DNA of 64,000 nucleotides from a virus: the IMG/VR virus record IMGVR_UViG_3300027985_000286, positions 1 through 64,000 of that record. One strand, 5' to 3'. The notes under the pieces were generated by a model. The model saw only the letters and a list, made by a program, of their open reading frames with translations, was not told the origin of the DNA and did no database searches. The stretch's first letter is position 1; every line of letters begins with the position of its first letter. The position numbers and the translations under genes were made by a program. Of this stretch, positions 1 to 8,884 are shown one piece after another.

Positions 1-44
1 TTCTAGGTGCTATACTTTGCACATGAAATAAGGAGGGACACATA

Positions 45-284
45 ATGCCTAAGGTAATTGAAGACCTCAAGAACTACGCAAAGGAATTGGGTTATGAGGT
101 AGTTGAGCACACCTACTCAATCTACTTCAAAACTCCGAGCTTTTCCTTTGTGGTGCAGCTTGACCATAATGGAAACTTCAAGAAGGCGATGAAGCCCAAT
201 CCGTTCAAGGCTGACTGCACCACATACACCTCGGTGAACAAACTTCGGGCAGGGTTGGTTCGATGGTCAATTCATACGGAGTAG
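45..284 (+). CDS. hypothetical early protein
   Basis: ORF with strong SD (AGGAGG) downstream of a GGTGC-TATACT -10 element at 6-16. Confidence 0.7.
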   Translation: MPKVIEDLKNYAKELGYEVVEHTYSIYFKTPSFSFVVQLDHNGNFKKAMKPNPFKADCTTYTSVNKLRAGLVRWSIHTE

Positions 285-697
285 TACCTAGGCAGTTTCT
301 GGATTTCGTAAAAAAGCTCGAGCCCATCAAGGTTGTCCTGAAGTACGAGGAAGGGCGATACTATGGGCTAACGGATGATGGCACCTTTGGGTGTGATTGG
401 AGCACAACAACCATCACAATTTTCCATTCCAATGTAACCAACATCGTCAGGCCACCTAGGATTTCTGATGCACTCAGGGACTCTAGCCTACTGTGTGGTA
501 GAGTTGGCGGGGAGCAGTTCGACCCGCTGTCTCTGGATTGCCCTATCTTGATTGATTGGGTGAAATGGCTGAATGGAATAAACGTCCACACCAACTCTAG
601 GTTGCATATACCTAGACACGCACCCTTCACAGAAGAAGATCCCATCAGACTAGCAGTGCGTAGAGTGCAGGCTGGTCTCCCGCCGTATATTGAATAA
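263..697 (+). CDS. hypothetical protein
   Basis: ORF overlapping the previous gene on the same strand. Confidence 0.55.
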   Translation: MVNSYGVVPRQFLDFVKKLEPIKVVLKYEEGRYYGLTDDGTFGCDWSTTTITIFHSNVTNIVRPPRISDALRDSSLLCGRVGGEQFDPLSLDCPILIDWVKWLNGINVHTNSRLHIPRHAPFTEEDPIRLAVRRVQAGLPPYIE

Positions 698-702
698 TTT
701 TC

Positions 703-731
703 TTGCATCTTTCAATCAATGGTACTATCAT
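703..731 (+). promoter_or_regulatory. sigma70-type early promoter
   Basis: TTGCAT-17 bp-TATCAT, intergenic. Confidence 0.65.
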
Positions 732-779
732 TATGAACATAGGGAAGCACATTAACAAATGATTGAGAGGGTCTTAACA

Positions 780-923
780 ATGTTGAAGAGCATCCGCAAA
801 AGCATTCGTTCGTACCAGCTTACCAGCAACGGTTGGAAGCAGATTGATAAGTCCCTGTACGAAAAGGGTGGCAAAAAGGTAATGCTTGACAGTGACGGCG
901 AAATCCACTACATTCACTATTAA
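780..923 (+). CDS. hypothetical 47-aa protein (not in ORF track)
   Basis: ATG after GAGAGG SD; MLKSIRKSIRSYQLTSNGWKQ...HY*. Confidence 0.55.
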   Translation: MLKSIRKSIRSYQLTSNGWKQIDKSLYEKGGKKVMLDSDGEIHYIHY

Positions 924-950
924 GCGTTACTAATTGAAGAGGACTTGACA

Positions 951-1454
951 ATGAAAAAGAACTACTTTGTGGTAAAGAGTGTCGCCCAGGCTGCGCTGTT
1001 TGAGTACTGCCTTAAGGGTCAGATCTCTGACGGGTACTGGGAAAACTCCCGCCCCTTCAACCACTGGCAGATGTGGGGCCAAGCAACCGTCCAGGTTGCC
1101 AAGCCTGGTGATCAGACTGGTCGAAACTTTTATCCTCTGAAGGATAACTACAATTTCGCAGCAAAAGGTTTGCTGGATGTTGTGGGCAACCAAATGCTGG
1201 CAACGGCACGTTTGGGCATCAAGTTTGGCATGGATAACCTCAGTCTGCTGCGCAACTGCATTGGCGGTAACGGAGAGTTCTGTGTTCCTTCCTACCCTGG
1301 CACCCACTACGAAGACATCCGTGCTCGTCTGGCGAAGTTTGACCCCAAAGAGGTTGAGAACGCAATCAATGGTGTTAGTGTAGACTACACCATGAAGGAT
1401 ATGAAGGATGACCTCCAGGAACTCAAGAGTTTGGCTCGCACGCGCATTGCTTGA
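951..1454 (+). CDS. hypothetical protein
   Basis: GAGGA SD then ATG at 951; GC3-rich codon usage. Confidence 0.7.
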   Translation: MKKNYFVVKSVAQAALFEYCLKGQISDGYWENSRPFNHWQMWGQATVQVAKPGDQTGRNFYPLKDNYNFAAKGLLDVVGNQMLATARLGIKFGMDNLSLLRNCIGGNGEFCVPSYPGTHYEDIRARLAKFDPKEVENAINGVSVDYTMKDMKDDLQELKSLARTRIA

Positions 1455-1475
1455 CACGCGCGTTTGCGCTATAAT
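1447..1475 (+). promoter_or_regulatory. sigma70-type early promoter
   Basis: TTGCTT-17 bp-TATAAT. Confidence 0.7.
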
Positions 1476-1503
1476 CAAAAGACACACTGAGGAGGACTAC
1501 TGC

Positions 1504-2229
1504 ATGTCAAAACAGCGCATCGTGTGGACTGACCAAGAAAAAGACAAGATTGTCACCAGGGCAGCGGAACTTCGGTTCCTCAATCCTTCCCTTTCCGACG
1601 TGGACGCTTTGCGCTCTGCACAGAAAGAGCTGCTTCATGCGTCGCGTCAGCGTAACCTAACTCCTTGCCCCTCGTTGGTCGCCAAGTGGGCTCGTACCGC
1701 TATTGGCCAGAAGCTCCTGCACCTCAACCTCGAGGCCAAGGAAACTGAGAATGCAAAGAGCGAACCGCCTGAGGTTCCTGTGACGGATGTCAGCCAGGTT
1801 TCCACCGAAGACCTGCTGATGGCATTGGCAGAGCGGATCGCCCAGCACTTGAACATTCGTGCAATCGTCAAGGGAGCGGTGGCAGACGTCATTGCGGAAA
1901 TGCTCCCCAAGGCAGATGTGTTGCAGCAAAAACCCAAGAAGGCGGTCAAAGAACACACCGTTCTGATCCTCGGACTCTTGCCTAGCCAGTTCAACGAACT
2001 GAAGGAGGAATTCAAGGGAATGTTGGAACTGCGCATGGGATCGGCCAGCGTAGTGGCCAATGCCAAGGCAGCACGGTATATGGATGCTGTAATGGCACAT
2101 ACCAAGCATCTTGGGCACGACATGGAGAGGTCAATCCAGCCCTTGGCTAAGGAATACATCAGGGTCTCTGGGGGCGTTACTTCGATGAAGAGCGCGCTCG
2201 AGGACTACTGGGTTCGGGTCAACGAATAA
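1504..2229 (+). CDS. hypothetical protein, possible N-terminal DNA-binding domain and C-terminal DUF2325-like alpha/beta domain
   Basis: GAGGAGG SD before ATG 1504; C-terminal VLILG...DAVMAHTKHLGH...RVSGGVTSM pattern. Confidence 0.6.
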   Translation: MSKQRIVWTDQEKDKIVTRAAELRFLNPSLSDVDALRSAQKELLHASRQRNLTPCPSLVAKWARTAIGQKLLHLNLEAKETENAKSEPPEVPVTDVSQVSTEDLLMALAERIAQHLNIRAIVKGAVADVIAEMLPKADVLQQKPKKAVKEHTVLILGLLPSQFNELKEEFKGMLELRMGSASVVANAKAARYMDAVMAHTKHLGHDMERSIQPLAKEYIRVSGGVTSMKSALEDYWVRVNE

Positions 2230-2243
2230 ACGATACCCCCATT

Positions 2244-2265
2244 GGGGCCTTCGGGCCCCTCTTTT
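2244..2265 (+). terminator. intrinsic terminator
   Basis: GGGGCC-TTCG-GGCCCC-TCTTTT (UUCG tetraloop). Confidence 0.8.
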
Positions 2266-2274
2266 GGAGGAAGT

Positions 2275-2454
2275 ATGAATAAAAAGAGCCTTCTGTGCAA
2301 GCTTGGTATTCACCGTCCGTTGTTTGGCCATATTTTTGAATTCACCGATGTGGTGTCTCATAAGCCAGTCTACTCTGTCACCTGCCCGTGTGGAAAGCGG
2401 TTTTTAACTGATAGCACCTCAAAATGGTTTGGTTTTAAAGTATCAACCAAATAA
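2275..2454 (+). CDS. small Cys/His-containing hypothetical protein
   Basis: GGAGG SD, ATG 2275; LLCKLGIH...CPCGK. Confidence 0.6.
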   Translation: MNKKSLLCKLGIHRPLFGHIFEFTDVVSHKPVYSVTCPCGKRFLTDSTSKWFGFKVSTK

Positions 2455-2457
2455 ATA
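2452..2457 (+). promoter_or_regulatory. late (gp55-dependent) promoter
   Basis: TAAATA upstream of phoH; same hexamer precedes several late genes. Confidence 0.5.
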
Positions 2458-2500
2458 CTACTGAGCAATCCTGCTCAGCATAAAGTCAAAGAGAGGAAGC

Positions 2501-3241
2501 ATGGCCAAAGCTAAGTCACGCCACGATCTTATGGTCTATGACTTTGAAGCTAGAGAAGACGAGCGTACTGGTTCGAATAAGAAATCATTCCATGTCAAAG
2601 ACCTCCTCCCCGTTTCACCAAAAACCTTCACCCAAGAAACGTTCCTTAGAGCAATACTAGAGACCAACGTGTTTGGTTACGGCAGTGCAGGCACAGGAAA
2701 GTCGTTCCTAGCAATGCACGCAGCGTTTAAACTGGTTCTAGATGAGGACACACCCTACGACAAGCTGGTTATCATTCGCTCTACTGTACCTGTGAGAGAA
2801 AAAGGATTCCTACCTGGTACAGACGAGCAAAAGAACGAACCATATGAGATTGCCTATAAGGCTATTTGTGATGAGCTATTCCCGTACTCCAAGAGCTACG
2901 AGAATCTTAAGAAGGGTGGATACCTAACGTTCTCTGATACCAACTTGCGGGGTCTCACTCTATCAAACTGCGTGATGCTTGTCGATGAGACTCAGAATAT
3001 GACATTTGAGGAATTGGATACCATTATCACAAGAGCAGGAACAAACACAAAGGTGGTGTTTATTGGTGACACCAAGCAGACCGATCTTACCAAGAAACAC
3101 GATAAGAGTGGAATGGTTGACTTTATGCACATCATGGAAAATCTGAAGGAGGTTGAAATGATTCAATTCCTACCTTCAGATTGTGTCAGAAGCGGATTGG
3201 TAAAGGCGTACCTCAAGAGAAAAGAGGAGATTGGCCTTTAG
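2501..3241 (+). CDS. phoH: PhoH-family ATPase
   Basis: GSAGTGKS Walker A, GFLPGT, LRGLTL, LVDETQN, GDTKQTD motifs. Confidence 0.92.
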   Translation: MAKAKSRHDLMVYDFEAREDERTGSNKKSFHVKDLLPVSPKTFTQETFLRAILETNVFGYGSAGTGKSFLAMHAAFKLVLDEDTPYDKLVIIRSTVPVREKGFLPGTDEQKNEPYEIAYKAICDELFPYSKSYENLKKGGYLTFSDTNLRGLTLSNCVMLVDETQNMTFEELDTIITRAGTNTKVVFIGDTKQTDLTKKHDKSGMVDFMHIMENLKEVEMIQFLPSDCVRSGLVKAYLKRKEEIGL

Positions 3242-5133
3242 AAATTACGGCCAATCTCAATCCAAGCCCCTCTATCACCAGCAAAGTCGTCCCACTCTAG
3301 TGTGACGGCTTTGATATCTGTATCAAGAATCGCATCCGCCGTAAGCAAGAACACACCAGGTACGTCGATTGGCGTGGTATCTCTGGTACGATTTTTGAGC
3401 GTAAGGGTGGCAGATGATGCGCATTTCCTGATTGTTACTCTTTGACCATTGGTAAAACCAGCCTGGTTATCGGAAGAACCGTTGGACCCTAGAGCATCGA
3501 TGTTAGTTGCACTAGCGTTATAACCAATAACATTCTTACCATTAACCATTAGGTATGAGTAAGTAGTAACGCCGTCATCTGATGTAGCTGCTTGTCTAGA
3601 CGACCTCCAGTAAAAGGTTGCACCGTCAGGGTTCCAGATCTTCACGTAGTTACCGACCATATCTGTAATCGCTGAGGCAGGATTTCCTGGTGTTACGTTA
3701 TGCTCCAAAGACCAGAAAGACCTTGACTGCTGTGCAGACTCAGTCCATTCTAGAAAAGCGGTAGGAAACGTGGTAAACGTTCCAGACAGGTCCATTCTAT
3801 TATGTTCAACGTACAGACCTCGAACAAAACCTGCCATTATGACAGAGTAGTAAAGAGGATCACCTGACAACAAGAGGAACGTATTTTGGTAGATTCCAAT
3901 TGGACCAAGAACGGTTGCTGCAGATACTGCACTTTGGTCAGGGTGGGGCATAATCTCCAAACCCGGGTTAGGTTTTTCAAAGTTTGAACCAAGAACAGTC
4001 ACTGACCTACCTGCTTCAATGAATAGACCTGCAGGTCTATAATCGCTTCCTGATGTACCGTCCCAGTCTCTTGAAGGAACAAAATTGCAACCAATAAAGT
4101 TGATTCTCTTAGGGTGGAGAACCGTATTAACAGAAACCGGTGCTGCACCGCTAGCTTCCATGAGAAGCTCAACAGCACCTCTTCTGAATGCTCTGTCTGG
4201 TGTCGCAGACCTGGTACTAGGTCCGTATAACGAACGTGCAGGGCTTGATCCCAAGTGGCACCCGTCGTTGAAAAAGCATCCGATAAATTCGTGCTCCAGG
4301 CAATTGCCTTCTAAGCGGACATTGGCGTACTGGGAATCAACTACCGTACAGTCTCTGACTCTTAGTCTCTGAACGACGCCACCAGTGGTATAGAAATACA
4401 TGCCATATCCAGTAGATCCGGCTATGTGCATATTATCAATCCTGACATAGTCAATCGACCCAGATGTACCGCCATTAACCCCGTCGGCACTGGTCCATGA
4501 TGTACTAATACCTGTCCAATCTAGTCTCAATCCTTCGATCCAAATACCATTATTTCCAAAAACAGTAATCACAGGAGCGTTGCTAAAAGGTCTAATCTGA
4601 GCAAAACCAAAGATATGGGTCTTGGAGCTGATATTGATGTTTGCGTAATATACACCGTTAGGCACAAAGAGTTCTTGAACCGCCGCAATAGCTGCATTAA
4701 ACACAGCAGATTGGTCAACACTCGCTCCTGCGTCTGGGATTGCACCGAAATCTGTCACAGAAGCAATGCGATCAAGGTCACGTAACCAAGCCGAGGACCC
4801 GTCTCCAGCAGCAGGTACAAGAACAGTACCTCCATTGTGAGTGTAGGTCCCTGCAGAGGCTCCTGTAACGTACCTAAAGGGACCACCACCCCATCCTAGG
4901 GTAGTGTGGTAGTCAAGCCACACTCTGTTACCGTTAGACGCCACAACTTCTCTTAGAACGTCAACACCACCGGTGATTCTAGGCAGACCACTATCTGCCA
5001 TCTTCTTAAGAATACCATCTAGTTGGTACTTTCCAGTATCCGGATCCACAGGAATATCAGTAAAGAACTGAGACCAGGTGTTCTCTAGGTCTACTGAAGA
5101 AATAAGCTTGTCTGAAGGTATTTTGCTTGGCAT
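3238..5133 (-). CDS. tailspike / receptor-binding protein with parallel beta-helix (putative depolymerase)
   Basis: GGGPFRY...GGTVLVP...AWLR N-domain, SVTDFGA...D...AFNAAI, beta-helix-like repeats; late promoter upstream. Confidence 0.8.
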   Translation of the reverse strand: MPSKIPSDKLISSVDLENTWSQFFTDIPVDPDTGKYQLDGILKKMADSGLPRITGGVDVLREVVASNGNRVWLDYHTTLGWGGGPFRYVTGASAGTYTHNGGTVLVPAAGDGSSAWLRDLDRIASVTDFGAIPDAGASVDQSAVFNAAIAAVQELFVPNGVYYANINISSKTHIFGFAQIRPFSNAPVITVFGNNGIWIEGLRLDWTGISTSWTSADGVNGGTSGSIDYVRIDNMHIAGSTGYGMYFYTTGGVVQRLRVRDCTVVDSQYANVRLEGNCLEHEFIGCFFNDGCHLGSSPARSLYGPSTRSATPDRAFRRGAVELLMEASGAAPVSVNTVLHPKRINFIGCNFVPSRDWDGTSGSDYRPAGLFIEAGRSVTVLGSNFEKPNPGLEIMPHPDQSAVSAATVLGPIGIYQNTFLLLSGDPLYYSVIMAGFVRGLYVEHNRMDLSGTFTTFPTAFLEWTESAQQSRSFWSLEHNVTPGNPASAITDMVGNYVKIWNPDGATFYWRSSRQAATSDDGVTTYSYLMVNGKNVIGYNASATNIDALGSNGSSDNQAGFTNGQRVTIRKCASSATLTLKNRTRDTTPIDVPGVFLLTADAILDTDIKAVTLEWDDFAGDRGAWIEIGRNF

Positions 5134-5158
5134 GACTCTATCCTAATTGACTCTGCTC

Positions 5159-5164
5159 TATTTA
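5159..5164 (-). promoter_or_regulatory. late promoter for tailspike
   Basis: TAAATA on minus strand 26 nt upstream of ATG 5133. Confidence 0.65.
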
Positions 5165-5169
5165 ACCTC

Positions 5170-5198
5170 TTGCAATCTTGCGTCATTGGTGCTAGTAT
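5170..5198 (+). promoter_or_regulatory. sigma70-type early promoter
   Basis: TTGCAA-17 bp-TAGTAT with GGTGC before -10. Confidence 0.65.
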
Positions 5199-5222
5199 GT
5201 AGTGAACTAAAGGGAGTACGTT

Positions 5223-5510
5223 ATGTCAACTGCAAAGAACATTGAGGTCCCTAAGGTGTACGTCAGATGGTCTGATCCCAACCTAGACCACTTCGTCTCT
5301 ACTCAAATTGTTACTGACACCGGGTTGACCAACTGGAGTGTGGTGTATTCCTATGGCATGATGCGTGACGGAACCCTAGTCAACGTGGTACTGCCATTTG
5401 AGACCATTCCTAAGGGAAGGTTCTCTGGATTTGTTACGGATCACTGCAAGCAAGATGGCATTGATCCGGTCAGTAGTGGGTTCTGGAAATCTCTGGTTAG
5501 GATTTGGTGA
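5223..5510 (+). CDS. hypothetical protein
   Basis: GGGAG SD downstream of early promoter. Confidence 0.65.
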   Translation: MSTAKNIEVPKVYVRWSDPNLDHFVSTQIVTDTGLTNWSVVYSYGMMRDGTLVNVVLPFETIPKGRFSGFVTDHCKQDGIDPVSSGFWKSLVRIW

Positions 5511-5595
5511 TAAGAAAGATTGGTTGCATCTTAGATACAACCATGTATGCTTGCAACATACAAGCAGCGCAGCATCAAAGAGGACACGATATCCA

Positions 5596-5826
5596 ATGGA
5601 CACTGTATGGGAACTGAGCATCTTCATTACTACGAATTCCGGGACTACCCTTAAATTGTCCAAGATTTTTGGTCTCAGAGATGACGCTATTAAGGAGATG
5701 AAAGAGGACATTTCCAACAAAGCCTACTCCAACATCGAGTTGAAGGGTAAGAAAGATGGGAGCATCAGCGTTGAGATCTCAGATGACCGATATTACTTGT
5801 TACTGCGCCCTCGTTTGGTACACTGA
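5596..5826 (+). CDS. hypothetical protein
   Basis: GAGGA SD before ATG 5596 (shorter than ORF-track call). Confidence 0.55.
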   Translation: MDTVWELSIFITTNSGTTLKLSKIFGLRDDAIKEMKEDISNKAYSNIELKGKKDGSISVEISDDRYYLLLRPRLVH

Positions 5827-5840
5827 GAGGACAACTTATC

Positions 5841-6059
5841 ATGCGTAAGCCGATCAAAACCTTAATCAAACGCGCCTCTCCCGGCATAGTCGGCATCGAG
5901 CACTTAGCAGAGCATTGGTGCCATTGGGAGATTATGGAACTCTACAGACAGCTGGGCTGTTGGTCTCGGTTAATTGAGAACGATGTGCTTGCAGGCGAGT
6001 ACATCAGTGTAGAGTACGGCCTCAGCTACAAAGAAAAGATGGCAGACCATGAAACGTGA
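5841..6059 (+). CDS. hypothetical protein (paralog of 6615-6839)
   Basis: SD GAGAGG; LAEHWCHWEIMELYRQLG. Confidence 0.6.
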   Translation: MRKPIKTLIKRASPGIVGIEHLAEHWCHWEIMELYRQLGCWSRLIENDVLAGEYISVEYGLSYKEKMADHET

Positions 6060-6243
6060 ACTCTTCGATGTGAAGCGTGGTAAGATGGTTAACTGGTGCT
6101 GTCCTGGGCACGATGATTGGCCGGACGAGACCTACCGTAACCGTCGAAGTAAAAAGGCGCGATCTTTGGATAAGAAGCGGGAACACCGATATGTCCGCCA
6201 CGTAAAGAAGTATATCATCGGCGAGGAGAACGACAATGATTAA
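6049..6243 (+). CDS. hypothetical basic protein
   Basis: overlap-coupled ORF, CCPGHD motif. Confidence 0.55.
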   Translation: MKRELFDVKRGKMVNWCCPGHDDWPDETYRNRRSKKARSLDKKREHRYVRHVKKYIIGEENDND

Positions 6244-6598
6244 GATCGTGCTGCATCACACCAGCGACCTGTTTCCTAAGGTAGATTCCAGGTACTGGTT
6301 CGTGAGAACCCAAGGTCAAAACCAGCACTTCATTTTCGATATCTTTTACGACTGCACTATCGCCCAAGGTGATAGTGTGCCCGAGCTGAAAGAATTCGTT
6401 AAGGCTTGTCAGCAAGGCAAGACTAGCCTTGCGAGACTGCATATTGACCATCTGACGCAGAAGATAAACGACCTCTACCAGCTGGTGAATGATCAGCATA
6501 ACTTCATTGATGGCGTGACGGTACACCACAACCTTGCCATACCAGAAGACCTATTCTCTCGTTACTACAAGCTGGTCCCTGTCAGCTTGCGTAGTTGA
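6236..6598 (+). CDS. hypothetical protein
   Basis: GAGGAG SD, coupled ORF. Confidence 0.6.
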   Translation: MIKIVLHHTSDLFPKVDSRYWFVRTQGQNQHFIFDIFYDCTIAQGDSVPELKEFVKACQQGKTSLARLHIDHLTQKINDLYQLVNDQHNFIDGVTVHHNLAIPEDLFSRYYKLVPVSLRS

Positions 6599-6614
6599 AC
6601 ACCAGGAGTGTAAA

Positions 6615-6839
6615 ATGCCAGCTATAGCATTCAAGCTAGTTGACTTTAACCGAGATGCCAAGAGCTTAGCTCGACACTGGTGCTTAAGGGAACTGCAAGA
6701 GCTGCACGAGCAGCTAGGCATGAGTGTAGGTACCGTAACTGAAGAAGGACTAACCGGTCACGCAATTGATTTCATCTTCAACGATGAAGAAGACCTCTAC
6801 CAGGATTGGAAAGAGATGGAGAACTACTATGTCAATTAA
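6615..6839 (+). CDS. hypothetical protein (paralog of 5841-6059)
   Basis: AGGAG SD, ATG 6615; LARHWCLRELQELHEQLG. Confidence 0.6.
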   Translation: MPAIAFKLVDFNRDAKSLARHWCLRELQELHEQLGMSVGTVTEEGLTGHAIDFIFNDEEDLYQDWKEMENYYVN

Positions 6840-7188
6840 CTACATTCTACAGCCCGAAGACATCATGTTTTCTTGGATGAATCCTGATGAATGGGCAGTT
6901 CACCCTCAGAGTGGTGCTGGTGCCAAATACGTCATTGTTGACTACAGCATCCAGGTAGCCGTGTTCGAAGGTGACAACAGCAACGAGTTGATAAATTTTA
7001 CAGGGCGTTGCCGGGACAGTTGGGACCACTTAAAATCAGTGTACCCGAAGAAGTTTGATGTTCATGTTAATCAGGTATGCGCAAAACGTTCACGCAAGCT
7101 GCGCAAGAAGGGTGTTACTACGTGGTACTCTGGCCGTACAATTAACGGTAAGTCGAAGTTCTACCATTCCTTCGTGGTGTATCGGTAA
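6829..7188 (+). CDS. hypothetical protein
   Basis: GGAG SD, ATG 6829. Confidence 0.55.
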   Translation: MSINYILQPEDIMFSWMNPDEWAVHPQSGAGAKYVIVDYSIQVAVFEGDNSNELINFTGRCRDSWDHLKSVYPKKFDVHVNQVCAKRSRKLRKKGVTTWYSGRTINGKSKFYHSFVVYR

Positions 7189-7374
7189 CAGACTAGGGGC
7201 GTTCAAAGCATACTGTTGGAATACGCTTTGAACGCCCCTAGTCTTGAGGCATCCAGGAATTTGATTCCTATGTTTCGTTTCCTTTCCAGTCTTCTTCATC
7301 TGCTTCTTCCTGTCCAAAAACGTTTTCGAACGATTGAGGCGTATTGAATATTTCGCTACCGTATTGCCCTTCAT
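7090..7374 (-). CDS. small basic protein (NxVAK...NR...DRKK...KH type) whose frame runs through the hairpin
   Basis: GAGGT SD 8 nt before ATG; K/R-rich first 38 aa. Confidence 0.5.
   Translation of the reverse strand: MKGNTVAKYSIRLNRSKTFLDRKKQMKKTGKETKHRNQIPGCLKTRGVQSVFQQYALNAPSLLPIHHEGMVELRLTVNCTARVPRSNTLLAQLA
7191..7243. repeat. perfect 19-bp inverted repeat (hairpin) at convergence of + and - gene blocks
   Basis: GACTAGGGGCGTTCAAAGC - 15 nt - GCTTTGAACGCCCCTAGTC. Confidence 0.9.
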
Positions 7375-7645
7375 AGTTGCTGACCTCTTTGACTTCTGTT
7401 ACCTGAATAAAACCTTCCCTACTCTTTGACACCACGATGTCATAGTAGGGAATGGGCGTCCCCTCTTTCACATGACGGAACATCGGGGAAAATCCCTTGT
7501 AGACATAGCGTTGGTTATAGCACTGGTTCTCAATGAACACTGGGAGGAATCTCATCTGAGAAAAGATCTCAGTAAGGACGATCCTCTCATGTTCCACCAC
7601 GTTGTGCGACACCACAATAAAGCCTACTCTCTTCTGTGTACTCAC
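7268..7645 (-). CDS. hypothetical protein
   Basis: GTGA overlap with frd; YKGFSPMFRHVKEGTPIPYY motif. Confidence 0.6.
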   Translation of the reverse strand: MSTQKRVGFIVVSHNVVEHERIVLTEIFSQMRFLPVFIENQCYNQRYVYKGFSPMFRHVKEGTPIPYYDIVVSKSREGFIQVTEVKEVSNYEGQYGSEIFNTPQSFENVFGQEEADEEDWKGNET

Positions 7646-8205
7646 GTGACTACCTCCAATTCAATGAACTGTACCCTGAACCGGTTTAACGCGTCAGCCT
7701 CTACGGTCTGAATGGCAGTAACGCACTCCCAATTCCTCAAAGGCAAGATTTGAAAGAACCTGCTACTGTCCTGCAGTGCAGCCTCTTCGGGCAATGCACC
7801 GTTGGTGTAGATCTCTGTAAGGTATATCTTATCTACCAAGAGGTGGTCCTGACAGTAGTTGAAGATGGACTCACCCCCAATGATAAAGAACTCGTCTCTG
7901 CCGGCCAAGGCACTAACAAACCCTGCAATACCAAAAGCATCCTCGACAGTGTTGGCAATCAGCACGTCAGACCGCCTGAGAAGCGTTCTGCTAGACTCTT
8001 CAGAGCAGACTACTACATTAACACGCCCTGGCAGAGGATTGTAGCTGAGGCTCTCTAGCGTTTTCAAACCCATAATGACCACGTGGCCGTAGGTCTTCTC
8101 TTTGAACCGTTTCATGTCAGCCGGAACAAAAGGCCAAGGCAGCTGGCCTTCATAACCAATCAATCCTGTATCTTTGTCTCTGGCCACGATAATGGATGCT
8201 TTCAT
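7642..8205 (-). CDS. frd: dihydrofolate reductase
   Basis: IIVA...IG..GQLPW...DMKRFKEKT.GHVVIMG.KT.ESL...LPGRVNVV, IIGG, KIYLTEI. Confidence 0.93.
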   Translation of the reverse strand: MKASIIVARDKDTGLIGYEGQLPWPFVPADMKRFKEKTYGHVVIMGLKTLESLSYNPLPGRVNVVVCSEESSRTLLRRSDVLIANTVEDAFGIAGFVSALAGRDEFFIIGGESIFNYCQDHLLVDKIYLTEIYTNGALPEEAALQDSSRFFQILPLRNWECVTAIQTVEADALNRFRVQFIELEVVT

Positions 8206-8534
8206 TAGAGCTTGCCTATACTCTGAAGCATGTTGATACCAATCAGCGAGCGCAGTGCCATTGCTCCGGTCTGAGCAAGTTCTAGCTTCAGGTGCTCTAG
8301 GTCTCCACTAGAGTAGGTGCAGTCAATAGCAGCCTGCATAGCCTCACCACACTCTTCTGTCATAATCCCGACCATGTGGATTAGGTCTTCTGGCCAATGG
8401 CTATGCTTCTTCTCTGCCTTGGTCAACTCGTCCATGATAGCGGTGAGAGACTCGCCGTAAACCGTATTATCTCTTTGTTGCGTGTTGAACTGCGTACTCT
8501 TGGGCATTGCCGGGTCTCCTACTTCTTCAGGCAC
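8205..8534 (-). CDS. MazG-like all-alpha NTP pyrophosphohydrolase
   Basis: EECGE...ELAQTGAMALR acidic helix pattern. Confidence 0.65.
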   Translation of the reverse strand: MPEEVGDPAMPKSTQFNTQQRDNTVYGESLTAIMDELTKAEKKHSHWPEDLIHMVGIMTEECGEAMQAAIDCTYSSGDLEHLKLELAQTGAMALRSLIGINMLQSIGKL

Positions 8535-8884
8535 ATCATTTCAATAACGGTGTTGAGGAAGATTGTGTCCTTCATCTGAACCCACCCTGGCAGGCTAGAA
8601 AACGGTAGCAGGCAGGGATGAGTCTTTTTCTCTTCGTTCTTCTCTAAACCATACACCCATCCCTGACTCTTACGGAACGACATCCAGTTATCGTGCAGTG
8701 AGCTCGGGTAGATATTTGGGTAGTTCCTTAGAATAAACTGAACTCCATCTAAGACAGAGTCTTTCATCTCTTCAGAAGAATCAACCCACTCAGGCAGGCT
8801 GTTATCCCCATGTGCTTCGTTCCAAATCTTGGTACGTTCATGGCAAATGCAACCAATATCTTCAAGGCTGATGAATTCGCTCAT
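8519..8884 (-). CDS. RyR-domain protein
   Basis: HDNWM...GWVYG..KNEEKKTHPCLLPFSSLP...KD. Confidence 0.85.
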   Translation of the reverse strand: MSEFISLEDIGCICHERTKIWNEAHGDNSLPEWVDSSEEMKDSVLDGVQFILRNYPNIYPSSLHDNWMSFRKSQGWVYGLEKNEEKKTHPCLLPFSSLPGWVQMKDTIFLNTVIEMMCLKK

